From contig NW_024704743.1 in NCBI RefSeq assembly GCF_018977255.1, positions 19,532,001 through 19,596,000 of the forward strand: a stretch of DNA of 64,000 bases. Direction: 5' to 3'. The DNA comes from Callorhinchus milii. Lineage: Eukaryota. Of the stretch, positions 37,256 to 51,279 are shown one piece after another (the first letter of the stretch is position 1; the number at the start of each line of letters is the position of its first letter). The notes below the pieces were generated by a model. That model was not told the DNA's origin. It ran no database searches and saw nothing but the letters and a program-made list of their open reading frames with translations. The translations under genes and the position numbers were made by a program.

Positions 37256-39929
37256 GATGCGTCTGTCCAGAGACCAACCCATTGGAACTGTGCAATACGG
37301 AATTCTTGTGGATCAGCCTCCAACATGTCCTGGTGAGTTAAAGGATTTGCTAGTTACAAATTATCCCCCAATGTGTTGGGTGAAAAGGATTTACTACAGT
37401 CATCTTCTTTATCCATTCTACTTAGTATTCTCCTAGTTTAGCTGGATTAGAAACAGGATAAAGTTGGAAGGAAATAAAATTCAGTAATTCTTTGCAGCTC
37501 AGTGAATAATAAACCGCAGGAGGAAAAGCTCACTGGCTTCCACTTCAGATTCCCGTTTGTGCACATGGCACTTAAATTAACTGAGAACATAATGGAAATG
37601 AAGTCCCATTGATTTCAATAAATTCTTGGCCTTTGAAAGTAATGTTCTGGCCTTGACTATTTTGAATGCAGATAAATCCAACACTATTCAAAATTCAACT
37701 TGTACTCTGTATCATAGCAAGATCGGTGGAAGCTTGTAAATATGACGTACATACATTACTAGAAGGAAGTCGCCTGACCCTTGTTATTTATGAAAGAATT
37801 CCAGTAATAAATAAAATGCAACAAATTACAACTTGCCTTTCTCACACAGACTGCCATGGACCACACACCAAAGAGAAAACTTTTTTTGCGCTTTACAGGG
37901 ATAAAATTCCACCTGGGTCTAAATTTAACCTACTGATGTAGCATTTTGAATCATGTAGAATTCGTCAAATTCTTGAATCTAAGCTTGTTGTTGAAGTCAG
38001 TTTTCTGTTGAATCAGACACTTAAAATGCAGAAGGAGGCCATTCAGTCCATCTGTAGTTTTAACTGGAATTTACAGGAAAACAGCTTCAAAGTTAAGATT
38101 AAATTCAACAATTTGTCAGATTCTGGATGATCTTAAATGCAATGTGAATGGAAAAAATCTAGAGCCAAATAGAATTTCAACCCAAATGTCTGCTTCACTA
38201 ATACTGTGGGACAGAGCTTTGAAATGTTTAATTTGCTGTCTAATGCTTTGTGCAAGAGGTCTTTTACTCGGGGATGAAAAGAAACCAAATGTACAATTTA
38301 AACATGAAGAATTGGCTGCAGTTTGATATTTATTACTTTTTTTTAGTTTGAAATAGCACATACCCTCTGGTGTACTGTTGGAGCTTTATAGCAGCATTGT
38401 TTGTGGTGTGTGTAAAACTCTCCTGATGAAGAAGCCAAACTCGACTTGAAAGCTCACGTGAACTTTTGACAGTTTGTTTTGGCTTTCAATGCTGGTCTGG
38501 AGGGTTGCCTTATCTCCAGTGCCTCAGACACAAAAAATAGACAGAGTTATTAAATAAACTCAATGGAAAGTCACATAATTTATCTTGGCTTTTAATCTGG
38601 TGCTATTCATTTTCAAAAGAGATTTGTTAGCCACACTGAAGAGAACATAAATCTTCAGGCTGCAGATAGAGTTTCCAGTAAAGTTTGAACTGCTCAGTTC
38701 ATATTATGCAATAAAAACATATTTGCTTAAAAACTGAAGAGCCTCGTAGAAGGATCCAGGCCTGTAGTGCAGGACACACAACAAGTTGAAAAGTGCACAG
38801 AAATTCAATATAATCCTTGCATCTGGTATAACACCTTTCACATCAATTGGAGATCTCAAAGTTCTTCACAGGGTTTACCATGAAGTGAAGTGACTGTGTA
38901 TTGTGTAGGTGAATGTTGCAGTTAATTTCTGCTTGGCCATGTCCCACAAAAATCTAAGAATTGAATTTGCTGTTTGATTATTGGCCAGGACACCAGGGGA
39001 AACTCCCATCTCTTTTCGAAAAGTGCCACGGAATCTTTAATGTCCATCTGAACAAAAGACACCATATAAATGAAAATTTGTATTGTATTATATTTTAGCA
39101 CTGCTTGGTCACGACTTCTAGTTTTCAGATGGAAATTGGTATGGCGCAACATGTGGAATAATTTGGGTTTATGTAATACAGTGCATCAAATGAATCTTAC
39201 TTCACATGGTTTCCTATGAACAGAGTGGGTGGTTATGTCTCAGGTGGCTTGTGGTCCAGTGGGAAACATTCATTTGGTCCTCATTTGGTCCTGTGGGAAC
39301 GCTTTCTGAACTTGTCCCAGTCTGAATATGTGAACTTTGAATTCAGAGTAGAAGCAAGAATGTTACAACAAACATCAACAGCCAGTGAACAGTGGGGTTT
39401 GTTGTGTGATAATTAAAACAAGTAATTAGTTAGGATTCAGTTAGAGAGCTCTGTAATTTCTTCACATGCTGTGCCGTGAGTGAGAGGACAGGAGTTCCTG
39501 CCTGCGGTGTATGCAGTCAGAAATGCTGAATTACAAAGGAATATCAGATGTCATCTATTAGCATCTAGCTCAGAAGTAATATTGACAGGCCTTTTTGACG
39601 ATGAACACTGTACGCCGTGGTCAAAATGTAATTCTTGGCAACTTTTGAAGTGCATTTTAAAATCAAGTGGGGGAAATGCAATGTTTAATAACAGTACTGT
39701 GCTGCAGTCAACTCACAAAACAATTTTGGTGATAAATGAGATATTTAATTGTAGATTCAATTTTGCAAATGTTATCCCTCAAATCTGTTTTGACACATAG
39801 CATTTTTCATCCCATTGTTTTTAAGAGGAGCGGTGTTTACGGTCAAGTAGCATATTTACCACATTCCTTCTTCCTTGAAATAGTTATTATATAATACAAT
39901 TTACAGAGGTACGTTTTGAGACGTGTCTT

Positions 39930-40282
39930 AATAACAATAATCCTTGCATTTGATATAGCGCCTTATCATGTCTTCGAGACTTCTCAAAGCGCTTCACAGA
40001 ATATACTGTAAAGAATGACTGTATATTTTGTGGGCGAACCGCGGCAGCCGATTGTACACAGCAGTCTCCCACAAACAGTCGTGGATTGAAGTGACCAATT
40101 TAATATTATTTTTTTGAAGGAATTATTGCCCCCAATCGACTAACAACCAGGTTCCTACTTAATGCTAGGTAAACAGAGGCGTGTAGAGTAAGGAAACTTG
40201 CCCAACATTTTGCCCTGCTGGGAATCAAACCCAAGTCCTCTCGCTTGCGAGGTGAGCGCTCTAATCACAAGCTACAGGACTT
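39930..40282 (-). mobile_element. Young tRNA-Ala-headed SINE, long form
   Basis: Complete head-core-tail. Confidence 0.9.
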
Positions 40283-40397
40283 GAACAAAGGAGGGAGCGA
40301 ACGAGTCAGAGGGACTCTGGGATGGAACTCCAGAGACTGAGGGCAGAAGGGCTGAAAGCTCACTCGCTGTTGGTGGGATGGATATTTCATTCAATGT

Positions 40398-40796
40398 TAT
40401 ATAATAATACTAATCCTTGCATTTGATATAGCTCTTTATCACATCATCGAGACGTCTCAAAGAGCTTCACAGAATATACTGTAAAGTGAATGGACCATAT
40501 ATTTTGTGCGAAAAACGTGGCAGCCAATTGCAAGCAGCAGTGTCCCACCAACAGCAATGGATTGAGTGACCAAATTTTGTTTTTGTAATTTTCTTTTTTG
40601 AGGGGCTTATTACCCCCAGAAAAGCGATCCGCCAATCAACTGACCTCCGGGTTCCTACTAGTTCTTACTGCTGGGTAAACAGAAGCGTGTGGAGTCAGGA
40701 AACTTGCCTAACGTGCCTGTGTTCCCTGCCCAGGAATCAAACCCAGGTCCACCCGTTTGCAAGGCGAGTGCTCTAACCACTACACTACAGGACTCC
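40398..40796 (-). mobile_element. Young tRNA-Ala-headed SINE, long form
   Basis: Complete head-core-tail with small insertions. Confidence 0.9.
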
Positions 40797-41289
40797 GCAA
40801 CATACATATCCATAACATGAATTGAAATTGTTTAGAATATATGTGAAATATGCACAACAATAACACCAGTTTCCATCTATACAACACCCTTTAGGGTGCT
40901 GGAGTGCTTATTGTGTACTTATTGTATACTGTACACAGTTATTGCATTTTGACCGATTCACAGCAAATCCAAGGTTACAATTCCACTGTGTATCGGGGGG
41001 GGGGACGTCCCAAGGGGCTGGACAATCAGGGATTTGGACCTGAGCTAAGGGTTGGGATCAGGAGGGGTGGAGGGCAGGGAGGGTAGGGTAGGAGAGTGAC
41101 CGAAGGCACAGTGGAAGAGGAGGGTCTTGAATGGGCCTTGATGGAAACAAGGGAAGGAGCAAGATGGGATCAAGTTTCAAAGGGCGGATTTTTAAAAAAA
41201 CAGTAAAATTAATTTTTTTAAAATGTTAAATATTTTTTCACTCATGATATGTGTAAATAAATATTTATAATGTGTTGTGTAAGTAATGT

Positions 41290-42820
41290 GTGGCAGTTTG
41301 GATCAATTGGTAGTACCTACTTCTGGGTCAGAAAGCTGTGGGTTCAATCCTCGCTCTGCAGAACAACGCTGAGGGAGTGCCTTATTGGTAAAGGTTCCGT
41401 CCTTCAGATGAGACAATAAACTGAGCTCCCAGCTGGCTGTTCTGGTGGATGTTAAACAGCATCTCATGACACTATTTTAAAGAGCAAGCAGTACTACTGA
41501 TGGCCCAGCCAATATTCTGAACTACCCAATTGATTAAATTTGTCATTCAACTCATTGTTGTTTGGGAGAAGCTGTCAGAAAGGATAAAAATGATATTTGC
41601 CTATATTAGGATCCCTTCAAAATAACTAATTTGAGTGAAATTTATAGCGTTTCATAAAGCATTCCTTGTGATAATTATTCTAAGCAGCATGGTATGAAAC
41701 CCAGCTAGTTTGTCCCCAGTTGAAGGCATCAGTCATTCACAGTTAGATCTGCAGCTGCCTCCTAGTACTTGTAAAGTACAATGACTGTGTTTTGGGGGGC
41801 AAACATGGCAGCCAATTTGTGCACAGCAATGTTCCTCAACAGCCATAAGCGAATGACCATTTTTTTTATTTGGCACAAAAACATTCTTAGTTCGGAGATT
41901 CCCTTGGATCTGTTACTATATTGTGCTGATCAAAAGTGGCACAATCCCCCAGAGTGACACAATGGCAGACTCCAGTTTTGAACAGAATTGGGGCATTTCA
42001 ATCCTGCCGAACAGGAAACCGACTACATTATATTGTTTCCCGCTACTTATTCATTAAAAATGACGGCAGAGATGATGAGACATCAAAGGATTAATAGGAA
42101 GAAGACTGGCCACCGGGAAGCAGAGACCACCATAATTATCACAAAGAACAGGTTATGAAACATTGCAGATATCACCTGATTGTGTGAAGTACTTTAAGAG
42201 ACAGCCTGTTACAGGTGTCAGCCTGGTTTAGTATGTAGCCCTCTTGCTTGTGGATCAAAATCCCAATGCTGAGACTCTTGAGATCCTAGTCAAATCTGAC
42301 ACTCCAGTGGAGTATACTGGAGGAAAGCTACATTGTTAGATCTGTTGGTCTTCAGGTGAGGGATGTTAAACTGTGGCCTCTCTGCTCATTCAGATGGACG
42401 TTAAAAATCCCAATGGTACTATTCGAAAGAAGAAGGGAGTTCCTCCTAGTGTCCTAATCAACAATCCCCTAGATTAAAACTCATTCACATCATGGCAATT
42501 TAGGCAACATTGTTGTGTGCAAATAGGCTGTTGGTTCATCTACCACGACATTTCACAGAAACTTGTTTTGATATGAAACACTTTGACATGTTATAGGGCC
42601 TATATCAAATGCAAAAATTATTATTGCACTAACTGCAAGAACAGGCATACGGGACAATAGAATGACAGCATCTTTGGCAATGTAATGCTACCCCAGCATT
42701 GCACTGGACTGTCTATCTCCTAGACAATAGGAAACTAGACTATGATCTCAACGTCCCAGCATTGGATTTGAACCCACAACCATTTGACCCAGATGAAAGA
42801 GTGCTACAAACTAAATTAGG
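41290..42820. mobile_element. Old Deu-domain SINE copies (41290-41660 +, 41770-41870 -, 42214-42626 +, 42640-42820 -)
   Basis: ccttcagatgagacaataaac and gacgttaaaaatcccaatggtactattcg cores. Confidence 0.68.
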
Positions 42821-44784
42821 TGGGATCCATGCTGGACTCCAGAGCAGTTATTTATCCAATCCATACATTAAAGGAAGAGATCAATAGAACTCCTATTCTC
42901 AAAACCACACTTGACTGTATATTCTTGATCCAAGAATAACACAGCCCTTGGTTATTCATGCTTATTAGGCGTGTGGAGTAAGGAACTTGCCCAAGGTTTG
43001 CCTGCATGAACGTCAGCTTGCAAAGGATTTTGCTCTATGAGCTACAGGATCACAATGATACATGATACAAAAAAGCATAAATGCCATGTATTGTTATAGA
43101 TACCACCTTTCAGACTTCAACAATGACCTTTCACACTTCAACAGTCTCCACAGACACTCACAAACCTTTTCCCCTCCCCTACCGTATTACCCATTTCAAA
43201 TGCATTGCTTGGTCTATACATTAAACAGTGTAGAAGATGGATTGGAAGGAAGGGAGGGGAAACTTGATTATCTGGAGGATTTACCCCAGGACAAATTCAT
43301 TTCATTTGGTTTAATATCTCGACTGAGGGCGACATTCATGGTCAGGACTTTAGATACTAAATGACAACACAGACTTTGAACTTACAGCCACACTGCATTT
43401 TACATTGTGAGGCATTTTAAAAAGTTGTGATGAGGTGCTATATCAAATGCGAGGATTATTTTATTTCTTTCAGAAAAGATTTTCTTAATAAATTCTTAAT
43501 AGATTTTCTTGTTATCATAACTCGCTGTCAATCATCCATTATTTAGTCAGATGCACTTGCTGGACAAACATTCACTGCCATAGGCCCTCATATTCAGATT
43601 TATATTCTTTAGTTTCAGATTGCGTCCAGCTATCAAATAAATTCAAGTATGAATGGTACAGCTGGTGAGTTTTTCCTTAACCTTATTTGATGAAATGATC
43701 AAAGTTTTTCAGATTTCTAGGAAAATTATAAAAATAATTATCCCCTCCAAGCCTAAACCTGTTCATTTTATTACACACAGAAGATTCACGCATGACAAAC
43801 AGCACCAGGGTTTTGATAACATTGAATTTGCCTGTGTTACAGCTTTTAAGATCTATGTTGTTACTCACAAATTACATGAATTCAACATTAACTACATATT
43901 AAAAAAACGTTGCATTTGATCAGCACCTTTCACGTCTGAGGACGTCTCAAAGCTACACAGTTTACCTTTGAAATGTGGTACCTTCCCAAATACCCCCTGA
44001 CAAAGCCCTACTTAAAATTCCTAAATACTTCGCTTAGTAAAGGTTTTTTCAATGAAAGATTAATATAATTTCACACCTTGTTTAAAAGATACTTCTGCGG
44101 CTCATTCCCTTAGCCAGGTGGTTCCACCTCCTTCCTGTCTGTTTAGGGATCAGCTTGAGTGGCTGAGCAGAGAGTTGCATGCATTGTGTGTTGCTGCAGA
44201 ATGCACTGCCTCAGACTTAGATAAGTAGTAGACGGTTAGCGAGATAAGTACAGCCAGCAGTCTGCTCAAGACAAGCATATGCAACATGGCAGCCCTGGCA
44301 GGATTAGGAGGATTACGCTCTTGCATAGAATTTTTGTGTTATTTAAAGAATAATAGATGCCTGGGAGTAATTACATGAGAGTAATTGCTTTGAATGCCAC
44401 CATGACATTATTAACTGCGAGAGTAAGCCCTGAGTGATTTATACCCTTCATTGAACCTGAGAAAAGATTACATCCATGAAATCACTCGAGGGAACCTATC
44501 ATTTTCACGATGTGTATACAGTGTGAAGCTCAGAGATAATCTATTTCTTGCTTGGCCATATTTTAGCTAGCAGGGGGGATTGACTGCCTCAGTTGATAGC
44601 AGTGGCCAGTTTGCTGCCAGTTATTGATATATGATGACATGAATGGGAATGTGTGAGGAGAATCAATCAATAATCAATAAATGACCATCATCAAATAACC
44701 GCGGGGTCAAGTTAGCGGTGCATGTATTATTTATCACATTGGATAGCCTGGAGACAGACCAGGTTCTTTGATGCTGTTTTCAAT

Positions 44785-45350
44785 ACAACAACAAATAGCC
44801 TTTCATGTTGAGAGGACGTCCCAAGTCGCTGGATAGTTGAGTTTATACCTGAGCTCGGGATTGGATTCGGGATTGGTGGGCACCAAGGAGGGAGCAGAGG
44901 TGGTGGGGATGGGGGAAGATGACCGAAAATGTCTGACTTCACGTGGACATTGAAGGAGACAAGAGATGAGTATCTCAGGATACTATTAATATCTCGGGAT
45001 ACAGTGTATAGTTTGGGATACGACATATCAAGCGACTGCCGGGATGCTGGAAGGGGGAACCAGATGGACCTTGGTCTTCTTTCGCCTAGCAAGTTCTTAT
45101 GTTCTTACGTTCTTGAAGGACAAGATGAAGAGACTGCAGAATGGAGTGCCAGAAAGTGGAGGCAGAGAGGTTGATGGTGGCATGGGCAGGGCAGTGGACA
45201 TGAAGCAGGCGAGTGACTGCTGAGTGGAGGGAGCAGGCAGATTGTTGGGGATGGTGAACAATGGCAAACAGTCATGACATGGGACTTGCTTGAACCTACA
45301 ACACACTGACTCAGAGACTAAAGTGCTGAAAACTGACCCAGGCTGACACA
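44785..45350 (-). mobile_element. L2 3' end interrupted by a short + strand CR1-type tail, followed by an old SINE head
   Basis: L2 tail at 44785; insertion at about 44945-45112 ending ttcttatgttcttacgttct; L2 resumes to about 45260. Confidence 0.6.
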
Positions 45351-48099
45351 TTAATCATTGTTCTTTCCTTCTGCCACTAGTCTTGCATGTTACTGCTCCA
45401 CGGTTAGGTCCTCCATTCATGAAAAATGATGGTGATTTAACCAGTAGAAGTTTATTGAGTTAAAATGTGCAGTCTATTACCGTTCAATAACTGGCAATCA
45501 GACACAATGGCATTTTATCTTTTATCAACAATCAAGAGATATCTATTATGTGTTGCTTGGTTTCTGGTCTTTCTGTATTCCCTACATTCCTTATAGTAAT
45601 CATGCATCTAAAAATGCTAAAAGATTAGGTGTACATTTTATTCTAGATGAAAAATAACTTGATGGAGTGTTTCTAATATCACTGTGAGGTGAAAGCTGTT
45701 CATATCAGAGTTCCATCATTGTACTCTTCAATTGCAGCATGAAAAATGGGGGAAATTATATCAGTGAGAGAACAACATCATTTAATAGTTGAGGTTGGTG
45801 TCACCCGAGCGATTCTTGTTTTATCGCATCATCTTTCCTACTTTTATCAAGTTGAGTGGTGGTCTGCTCTATGAGGATTAGCATTTCTAGGTTTCTCAAT
45901 AAAAAAGCAACATTCCAGTGTCTTTTTATCCATCTCCAGCAACAGATTGCTGAAGATGTATTTGCAGGATTACTGAGTCCACCACGACAGCGCCAGTAAA
46001 AATAGGACACAAACAAACACCTTAGTGACTTCATCTGAGCCTTCTGCTGAGTGTCAGACTGTGGCCCAGCAATTATCTAGGCCTACTTTTAGCTGCAGTG
46101 AAATTCAATCAACAATGGAGTCTGAAATGAATCTGTCGCAACATAATTTGCAAATAATGTCATAAATACCTAATCCTGGTTGTAACCCGTACTTACGTCT
46201 ATTTAACACAGACTTTTGCGTATCCCGCATTTTTAAACCAGTGAGTCCAAAAAGAGATCAAGCAACCTAGAAATTAACTCACATCTTCCAGTGTGAGACA
46301 GTGGTTACAGACAGTTTGGCCTTCTGCAGATTGAGTTTCGTTCTTATATCTGCGGCAACTGTGAACCACTAAGGATGTAACCCAGTTCACTCCTAAATAT
46401 TCTGAAAAGGCATGGATCTGAAAGTCCTGAATATGCTTCCAAAGTTAACAGCAGCAGATGGTTGATTGCAATGACGTCCTTTTTCATTGTGGATAGCACA
46501 TGCTTGCTAATTCCTATGTAGCAAATGAAAAGCAGGTGTTGAACCTCCATTCAGAGAAATGGCATCTATAAGTGATCACATGAAATAAAGATCCTGATCA
46601 ACTGCAATTTGCCCACATTACAGGAATGGCAATTGTTACTTTTAAATGTAGCTCCAGCTGCAGCTAATGGCCTTGACAGGCTGTGATACTGAAGCATGTT
46701 TTAACCTCTGACCACTTGTGATTTGTCTGTTCTGCTCTATTATACCAGGCATCCGTGTTGTGCATCGGGCACTTCTCTGCATCACTTTTTTTNCTGCTTC
46801 TGTGTTTTGGGATTTTGGAGACTGAGTGCGCGCTGGACACGGAGCATAAATCATTGCTCGGAATGTCGTGCTGGCTTCCAAATTTTGGATTTTTTTTTCT
46901 GCAGTGGAACATGAGAAGAAAATGAGCGGGCGAAACAACTGCTCTGAACACTTTAAAGTAAATGCCTTCCAATATGTGTGATGTGGGCATTCTCCAAAAT
47001 CAGTGGAGGGAGTAGTTTGACCCTTATTGTCTATGGTTCAAGACAGGACTCTTAATCCTTACTCTGGCCATTCTATACACAGAGCTGAGCTATTTAAGTG
47101 AAGTGCAAGTGACTTTCCTGGTGCCATGGCAGTAAATTTTTTAGTAAATTATCCTTGTTGTAACCTACCGCTAAGGTTTTAAAATGTTGACATTGATTTG
47201 TGCATGCCATTATAAACACAGGGACATTTTCATGTGTAGGTGGCATACATATGTGGAACTCTCAATTTGGTTTGGATAATCTTAAGCATGGTGATGGGTT
47301 TTTGCACTTAGCAGACACTCGGCTAACCAAAAAAAGAATTGTTTATTCACAAATGGTGTAACAAAACTTCCTTCAGCACTCTATGTATGTTTTGGGGAAT
47401 TAACATGTGGTTTACATTTGGAAATAATGAAAGAAATGAGCAAGAATCACCCAGATGAGCCAGAAGAGGCAAATTCTTTTATTCTTGGTGCCAACATCTA
47501 TGAAGCCGAGTCAAGGCTTATAACTTCGGAGTCGTCGCTTTTGACTGCCAGGTAGTATCTTTGTCCCACAAGCAGTGACCAACTTTATTTGGTGGATTGT
47601 TTTTCAGGCACATGTACCTTTGAGTGACATAGATCGAGCATTAGGAGTAAAGGAATTCCATGTCTTCCCTGAGCTGCATATTGATCCAATGCTCATTTGC
47701 CTTCAGCTGAAGATTTAATCCATTTGATTCACACAAATCTGAAGTAACAACTTATCTTTCTCTCGGCACAACAGTAATTTCAACTTAAAATAAAAAAGTA
47801 CTTTAAAAAGTTGTTTAATAAATCTACCTGAAAGGTTTGATGTCATCTTTAAAGATATGTCTGGTATGTGAATTTGCTATACATATTACAATCTACTTAT
47901 ATTATATTTCTCCTCTTAACTGAATGTTTTCAATAAACGAGAATTTCAGGGATATTTCAGGGAGCTGTCAGGGATATTGCATTTTTATTCATCATTATTC
48001 ACGAAGGATCACAGAATTTTTTCAGCACAAGAAGCAGTTCACAACCCTCAGTGCCTGTGCCAGCTATCTTTAAGAACTATCCATAAGAGATGTAAAATC

Positions 48100-49390
48100 A
48101 AGGTCATGTCTGCCTGTTCAGGTGGACACTAAAGATTCTCTGGCACAATTTAAAAAATAGAAGTGAGTTTTCCTCTGTGCCTGACCAACAATCCACCAAA
48201 TAAAATCGGTCACTGCTTGTAGGAAATTGCTCTCTGCCACATTTGCGCACAAAATATACAGACATAACTTTGCAGTATATCCTGTGAAGCACTTTGAGAC
48301 ATCTGAATGATATGATAAGATGCTATATCAAATTCAAGGATTATTAAGGATATTATCCATTTAGACCCCTACCTTTTTCCCCACATGCTGTTATATTTTG
48401 CATGCAAATTATTTCAGTTTAGATGAACGTTGAAGCCTTTCTTATGAATGAGTGAATGAATACAACAATGCCTTTCTGCTGTGTAATCTCTGGTATGTCT
48501 GAAACTAAATAATATTCCCTGCATTTGATATCACTATTCACGTTGGGAGGAAGTCTCAAGACACTTCACTGGATTTACTATAAAGGGTACCAACTGTATA
48601 TATTGTTGGTGAAGGTGGCAGCCAATTTGCACACAGCAATGTCACACAAGCAGCCATGAAGTGAATAAACCAATTGTATCTATAGTATTGGTGGCCAGGA
48701 CAGTGGGAGAAACTTGCTTCATTTTTTGAGAAGTCCAATATCCTGGACGTGCACAATTCTCATGTATTCATGTTTCAGCAACATAATAAGAAGCTAAATC
48801 CAATGCAAGGATTATTATTATTTATTTAGATATATATGGATCAATATACTCTGGGTCATTGAAAGAATAATGTCTATTATATAATGTCTGCATATTTATC
48901 AAGAGAAACTCGGCAGCTCATTTTCAATGTAATAGCAATAGAGAAAATAATGGGTACCTGGAACATATTACAGGGTGTTTTATTCATTACACCTTTCTTT
49001 ATCTAGGATATACAGTATTGCTGAATGAGCAAAGCAATAATTTTATCTAGTCTGTCAGTCAAATCAGAAAATTTGATAGAACAAAAGATTTTGATATACC
49101 TTATGTCCAAAAGCACTTCACAAAAGATGTGCCATGTCTTCCAACAAAGTCCCCAAAATAGGCATGAGTTGATTGATGAATTAATGGGAGAAGAGTTTGA
49201 GCCGGAACACAAGGATAAATTTCTTTCTCTTTTTCAATGCTGCCATGGAATCTTTAAGCAACACCTGAACAAGTGGGTAGAACCTTGATTTAACGTTTCA
49301 TTTGGTGGATGGAACCTCAACAATGCAGTATTATATATTATATATATTATATAGTATATATAGTATTATCCAGTATTGCATTGGTTTTGG
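48100..49390. mobile_element. Old Deu-domain SINE copies (48100-48345 +, 48510-48750 -, 49090-49390 -)
   Basis: Shared body and tail motifs; an AT microsatellite sits at about 49330-49370. Confidence 0.65.
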
Positions 49391-49440
49391 TCAGGCTGGA
49401 GCTGATGTATGTGGAACCCATCATTATGCTTAAGAATTTC

Positions 49441-50037
49441 CAACAACAACAACAACAAGATTCCATTTATAAAGCGCCTTTCACGTCAGGAGGACGTCCC
49501 AAGGCGCTGCACAGTTGGGTCATGACCCGAGCAGGGGGGAAATGGTCAGGGTGAGGGGAGGGAAGGGAGGGAGCGAGGAGGGGGGAAATGGTCAGGGTGA
49601 GGGGAGGGAAGGGAGGGAGCGAGGAGGGGGAAGAGAGTCGAGAGGGGAGCTGAAGGCTCGGTCAAAGAGAAAGGTTTTGGGACCGGCCTTGAAGGAGGAG
49701 AGGGAGGAAGCAAGGCGAAGGCACTGGGGGATAGAGTTCCAGAGCCTAGGGGCTGAGAGGCTGAAGGCCCGACCACCGATGGTAGGGCGATTGGGGCGGG
49801 GGACGTGGAGCAGACCGGAGCCGGAGGAACGGAGCGTACGGGCAGGTAGGTAGGGGGACAGTAGGTTGGAGAGGTAGGAGGGAGCAAGGCCGTGAATGGC
49901 CTTGTAGGTGAGGATTAGGATCTTGAAATCAATCCTCTGGGCGATGGGGAGCCAGTGAAGGCGAGCGAGGGTGAGTGATGTGGTCCCGAAGCCTGGTGCG
50001 GGACAGTACACGAGCTGCAGAGTTCTGAATGACCTGA
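49441..50037 (-). mobile_element. Young L2 3' end, same subfamily as 24451-25967
   Basis: Near-identical to 24451-25000, plus a tandem duplication of about 47 bp in the 3' UTR. Confidence 0.93.
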
Positions 50038-50179
50038 ATGACCAAGCCAGACAGAGCTCCATATATTCATGCCACCTATCCATGGGAACTTCCCTGTGCC
50101 TGCTTTGATACGTACTTGTCAATTTGTACACAATAATTTCCCACAAATAGCCTTGAAGTGTTCATGAGTAAATAGAACT

Positions 50180-50545
50180 ACAAAGCCCTCCATGGCCTCT
50201 CCCCACCCTACCTCTGTGATCTCCTAACCCCCTACCAACCCGACCGCTCCCTCCGCTCAGCCGACTCCGGTCTGCTCCATGTCCCCCGACCCACCCGTCC
50301 CACCATTGGCGGGAGAGCCTTCAGCAACTCTGCCCCCAACCTCTGGAATTCGATCCCCTAATCACTCTGTCTCAGCCCCTTCTTAACTTCCTTCAAGTCC
50401 CACCTCAAAACCCTCCTCTTCGACCATGCTATCGGCAACCCCCCTTCCCCTCCAGCCCTGACCCCAGCTCGGGTCTGAAATGCTGCACACCTTGGGACGT
50501 CCTCCCAACGTGAAAGGCGCTATACAAATGTAATCTTGTTGTGGT
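50180..50545 (+). mobile_element. L2 3' end
   Basis: YKALHGL...IGGRAFS...LWNSIP coding; stem-loop tail. Confidence 0.88.
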
Positions 50546-50984
50546 TGCAGAACAATTAGTGGGCTTAATGTTTGGGAACCTTTGCCTCCCAGATATTGTG
50601 AATCATCAAACTGTCTGACCCTCATATGAATTTTGTATTCTGAATAGTTTGAGTTAATGTGGATGAAAATATTAGTTGCAATTGAGATAAATTTGAGATC
50701 CATTTTTTTTAAAAAAGGTGACTTCATGATAATCCAACAGAGAGATACAGAACATTTCAGGAGTTTATTTACATTTATATACAGAGGCTTGAAGTTTTCC
50801 AGCAGAATAGAGTTTTCCGACATTAGTGAAGTTCAGATAGGCAGCTTGGTGATGCAGGGAGTGCAAGTGGTGGGTTCATACACTGTCACTATATGTGGAA
50901 GTTGGCCCCATATTTGTAGCTGATGTCACCAAGAGGCATCACAGACAAGTTGAAGAGGAGAAGACCAAGGAGAGGAGAGGACCA

Positions 50985-51279
50985 CTTTACAGAATATACT
51001 GCAAAGTGAATTTTGTGGGCGAAACACGCAGCCAATTGTGCACAGCAGTGTCCCACAAACAGTCGTAGGTTGACTGACCAAGTTATTATTGTAATTTTTT
51101 TAAGGCATTATTAGCGATCCACCAATCGACTAACAGCCAGGTTCCTACTTACTGCTAGGTAAACAGAGACGTGTGGAGGAAGGAAACTTGCCTAAGGTTT
51201 CGCCCCACCGGGAATCAAATCAAACCCAGGACCTCTCGCTTATGAGGCAAGTGCTCAAACCACGACCCTACAGGACTCC
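50985..51279 (-). mobile_element. Young tRNA-Ala-headed SINE lacking its tail
   Basis: Head and core are present; the element ends before the stem-loop. Confidence 0.82.

Noticed and set aside
44286..44378. MAALAGLGGLRSC... as PLXDC2 exon 1
   Set aside because: The Kozak context is good, but there is no hydrophobic signal peptide. The only GT donor candidate I noted is phase 0, whereas exon 2 needs phase 1, and there is no CpG island.
47427..47555. Short ORF ending at AG|gtagta as an alternative exon
   Set aside because: The donor would be phase 2 in that frame, incompatible with exon 2. The donor is weak and there is no recognisable homology.
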